The notes below the pieces were generated by a model. That model was not told the origin of the DNA. It worked only from the letters and a program-made list of their open reading frames with translations, and did no database searches. DNA of 63,453 bases, filler included, from Lenisia limosa (taxonomy: Eukaryota > Protista > Breviatea): the NCBI GenBank assembly GCA_001655205.1. It is 18 parts of 18 records of this genome, joined end to end, with 100 filler letters (N's around TTAATTAATTAA, not from the genome) between each part and the next. Parts side by side here need not be neighbours in the genome. Positions count along the whole stretch, not along the records: positions 60,491 to 63,453 come from LPNZ01005527.1; 17 more parts are not named here. One strand, 5' to 3'. Position 1 is the first letter of the stretch. Each line of letters opens with the position of its first letter. The position numbers and the translations under genes were made by a program. Below are positions 61,036 to 63,453 of this stretch, piece after piece.

Positions 61036-61908
61036 TTAAGCGCCTGTTGGGATGGATTGTGTTCGTATTTTTAAGTTCATCATACTTCTGGTTCTTTGCC
61101 AACATCGGAGACACGGGGGGGAGGGGGGGAGTAGATTACGCCTATCATCTCATTCTAGGTTTTTTCAAAAAGCATCTTCCAAGGCAATTCCTAGCTCAAT
61201 TCCGCCAGTACCCGCTGCCCCGTCAATAAGTAGTATGCTGGGCTTCCCTACGGTCCAAAAAAATCACTCTTGTTTGGGACCTAAGGGAGGGCATGAAGAG
61301 GGTTTTGTCTGGCAAACGGGGGGGGGGGATGAGAAATCTTTATATATAATTTCAATATTTTGTTTCAACGTCATTGTCAACCATCAAAGCAACCCTGTTT
61401 TTTTCTTTTCATTTTCCATTTTCACTTGTTAACAGGCACAACTTTATTAAGAGTTCAATCACAGACGGTCATAACTTCTAAAAGTTACTCCAATTAAACA
61501 AATTGACCTTTGCACCGTCTCAACACCTCCCAATTCATTCTCCAGTGATTGTGATAAACCAAAAGTCGCGCTCATTCCTTCTTAATAAGACCGTCCACCA
61601 GTCTCACTCAACAGAAATGCCTGGTCCAAGACTAGAAGTTGGTTGGAGAACATGAATAGTGATTAGTGGGGGATAAGTTTGTTTCAAGACTAGAAGTTGG
61701 TTGAAAAAGGGGCTGTGGAGAAGCTAGTTGAAAATAATCAAAATGCCGAATAATGGGGTTGGGGGGGGGGGGGNNNNNNNNNNNNNNNNNNNNNNNNNNN
61801 NNNNNNNNNNNNNNNNNNNNNNNNNNNNNNNNNNNNNNNNNNNNNNTAATCGGTCAACACTCTCGTGTTCTAAAAACAAACAAAATAATAAAAACAAATG
61901 TGATCAGT

Positions 61909-62013
61909 ATTGTTCAGCGCACACACTGACACTTTAGCTGGGCATTGTTCAGCGCACACACTGAAACTTTAGCTGGGCATTGTTCAGCGTACACACTGAT
62001 ACTTTAGCTGGGC
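61909..62013. repeat. 35-bp tandem repeat x3
   Basis: ATTGTTCAGCGCACACACTGACACTTTAGCTGGGC at 61909, 61944 and 61979, directly adjacent with no spacers. Confidence 0.95.
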
Positions 62014-62291
62014 ATGATAGCCGAGGCCTTATCGTTGGTGACAGGCAAGACAGTTGTAAGCAGGAGGTGGAAGCCAGAATCACTTATTTGTGTCTTTTTA
62101 TTATAGAATATGGCATAATACACTAACCACGATAAGTCCTGAGAGATTGACAAGATAAAGCTCTTATCGCACACTGTCTACAATATTAACATGATATATT
62201 CCATATTATTACATATCTTTATAGGGGTTGGACCAGAATTATGGAAGACTCCAGGTTTCTTACTCTATAGGTGACTGTAGTGTCGTGTCAA

Positions 62292-63260
62292 TCATATATT
62301 CCTTTGGCATATGCGAATAAGAAAGCCAATAAAAAAGTAAGTTGCGCCAAAGGAGACCACAACCCCCCTTTTTTGGGCAAGAAAATATATTAAGTAAATC
62401 CAGGGTAACATAAGAATACATAGGGATGCCATAAACACATCACCATAGTTATTGCGGGGCGCGCCTTCCGCCACACGTTCGGGGAGTCCGCCGTTTAACT
62501 GATTGTCTAGGTGAAAAACCCTGATTTATGGGATAAGATAACACACAATGGTCACACTCTGAATTTTGAATTTAAACCTAGTAGGTTAAGAGTAATTTGA
62601 CTTTGTTTGATAATTTTGTATTCGTCCTTTCCAGTCCTTTTTTACTTCAAGTAATGCGACGTTCTAACCAATCCAGAAACAGATGATGTGTTCGCATTTT
62701 GAAGCCCACCACCTCAAAACCAAAGGTGTTATTAATCATGAGTAAGGTAGATTTTCATGGGCTGAAGTAATCCCCTTTGTTATGCAGGTTTTCGATTTCA
62801 TTTTTAAGAACTGTTTTTTCTCTAACTATTTATATTCAATATGATATGATTATTTTATTTTATTTTTAAATTGGGGCCTTCAGTGGTAGAAAGTTTGACT
62901 GTATTTGAACAGGAAAATTGAAGAAATGTTCAGGCTATTTCACCCAAATCCTATGGATCGTGTCGGAAAGCCCGTTATTGAGGTAATCGTCACATTCAAA
63001 GCGACTCTCTGACCCACCTACAACATCAACATCGACGTGAAAGTTGTGCTGTCACTATTTGAAACCAGTGCACCACATTATTAATGTTTTGATTGAGGTG
63101 ACCCCCATCTCGACAAACCTGATATGCCCCAGTGATAGCCTGATTTATAGAACGGAAACTCAGTCAAAGGCGAGGCTCTACCGTTGTAAAAACTCACTGC
63201 ATCAGCAGGAATAGTCGCATTGTGACCAGCCAAGGGTGTCCATGAAGACTAAATAGCGTT
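62292..63260 (-). CDS. Hypothetical multi-exon membrane protein, 3' part
   Basis: Candidate exons SSWTPLAGHNATIPADA|AITGAYQ|, HNFHVDVDVVGG..TIHRIW| and a last exon DNQLNGG..VFMASLCILMLPWIYLIYFL..VVVSFGATYFFIGFLIRI..* with two hydrophobic segments. Confidence 0.4.
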
Positions 63261-63453
63261 GGTAATATACAGACGGTTTAAAATGAGATAAAAACAGATA
63301 TTTGAAACTATATGATAAAAAAATAGTGCATGTCTTTTTCGCTGTATGGTAAGATTGTTTTTGTATTCCCATTTTCTTTTATTCCGATTTTATTTAGTAT
63401 GTGATGAATCTTCTTGCTTACAATCAATCACAATGACGATTAGTAATTTCACA

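Noticed and set aside
12619-61825. ORFs containing poly-X, poly-Pro or poly-Gly
   Set aside because: They arise from translating N gaps and the C/G homopolymers that flank them.
61909-62013. CRISPR array
   Set aside because: Repeats abut with no spacers, there are no cas genes, and the context is eukaryotic.

Overview
This is eukaryotic (protist-like), intron-rich DNA, and it is not one locus. It is 18 draft scaffolds joined by 17 artificial spacers containing TTAATTAATTAA (the first is N44-TTAATTAATTAA-N44), with many internal N gaps next to C or G homopolymers. Genes I spliced by eye: a Rab5-family GTPase, COG4, an RRM + 2 zinc-knuckle protein, an ankyrin protein, a FAX/metaxin-like GST fragment, a TTC27-like TPR protein, a SCAR/WAVE-type C-terminus, a class I cyclic-nucleotide phosphodiesterase, an EEP-family hydrolase, Enhancer of polycomb, a CCHC protein, and several hypothetical or decayed genes. 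The most interesting signals are: (i) a dispersed repeat that lies on the sense strand in the 3' part of long introns in every copy whose host strand I could assign; (ii) a ~1.9 kb element with long, internally repeated TIRs, apparently inside an intron and carrying a divergent eL31-like cargo; (iii) a Cys-rich protein built from symmetric phase-1 modules; (iv) a dense ~100 bp palindromic MITE-like family; (v) G-rich starts and C-rich ends of long introns; (vi) a TIR-bounded, stop-riddled gene. All family names come from motif recall, not database searches, and the organism cannot be identified from this window.
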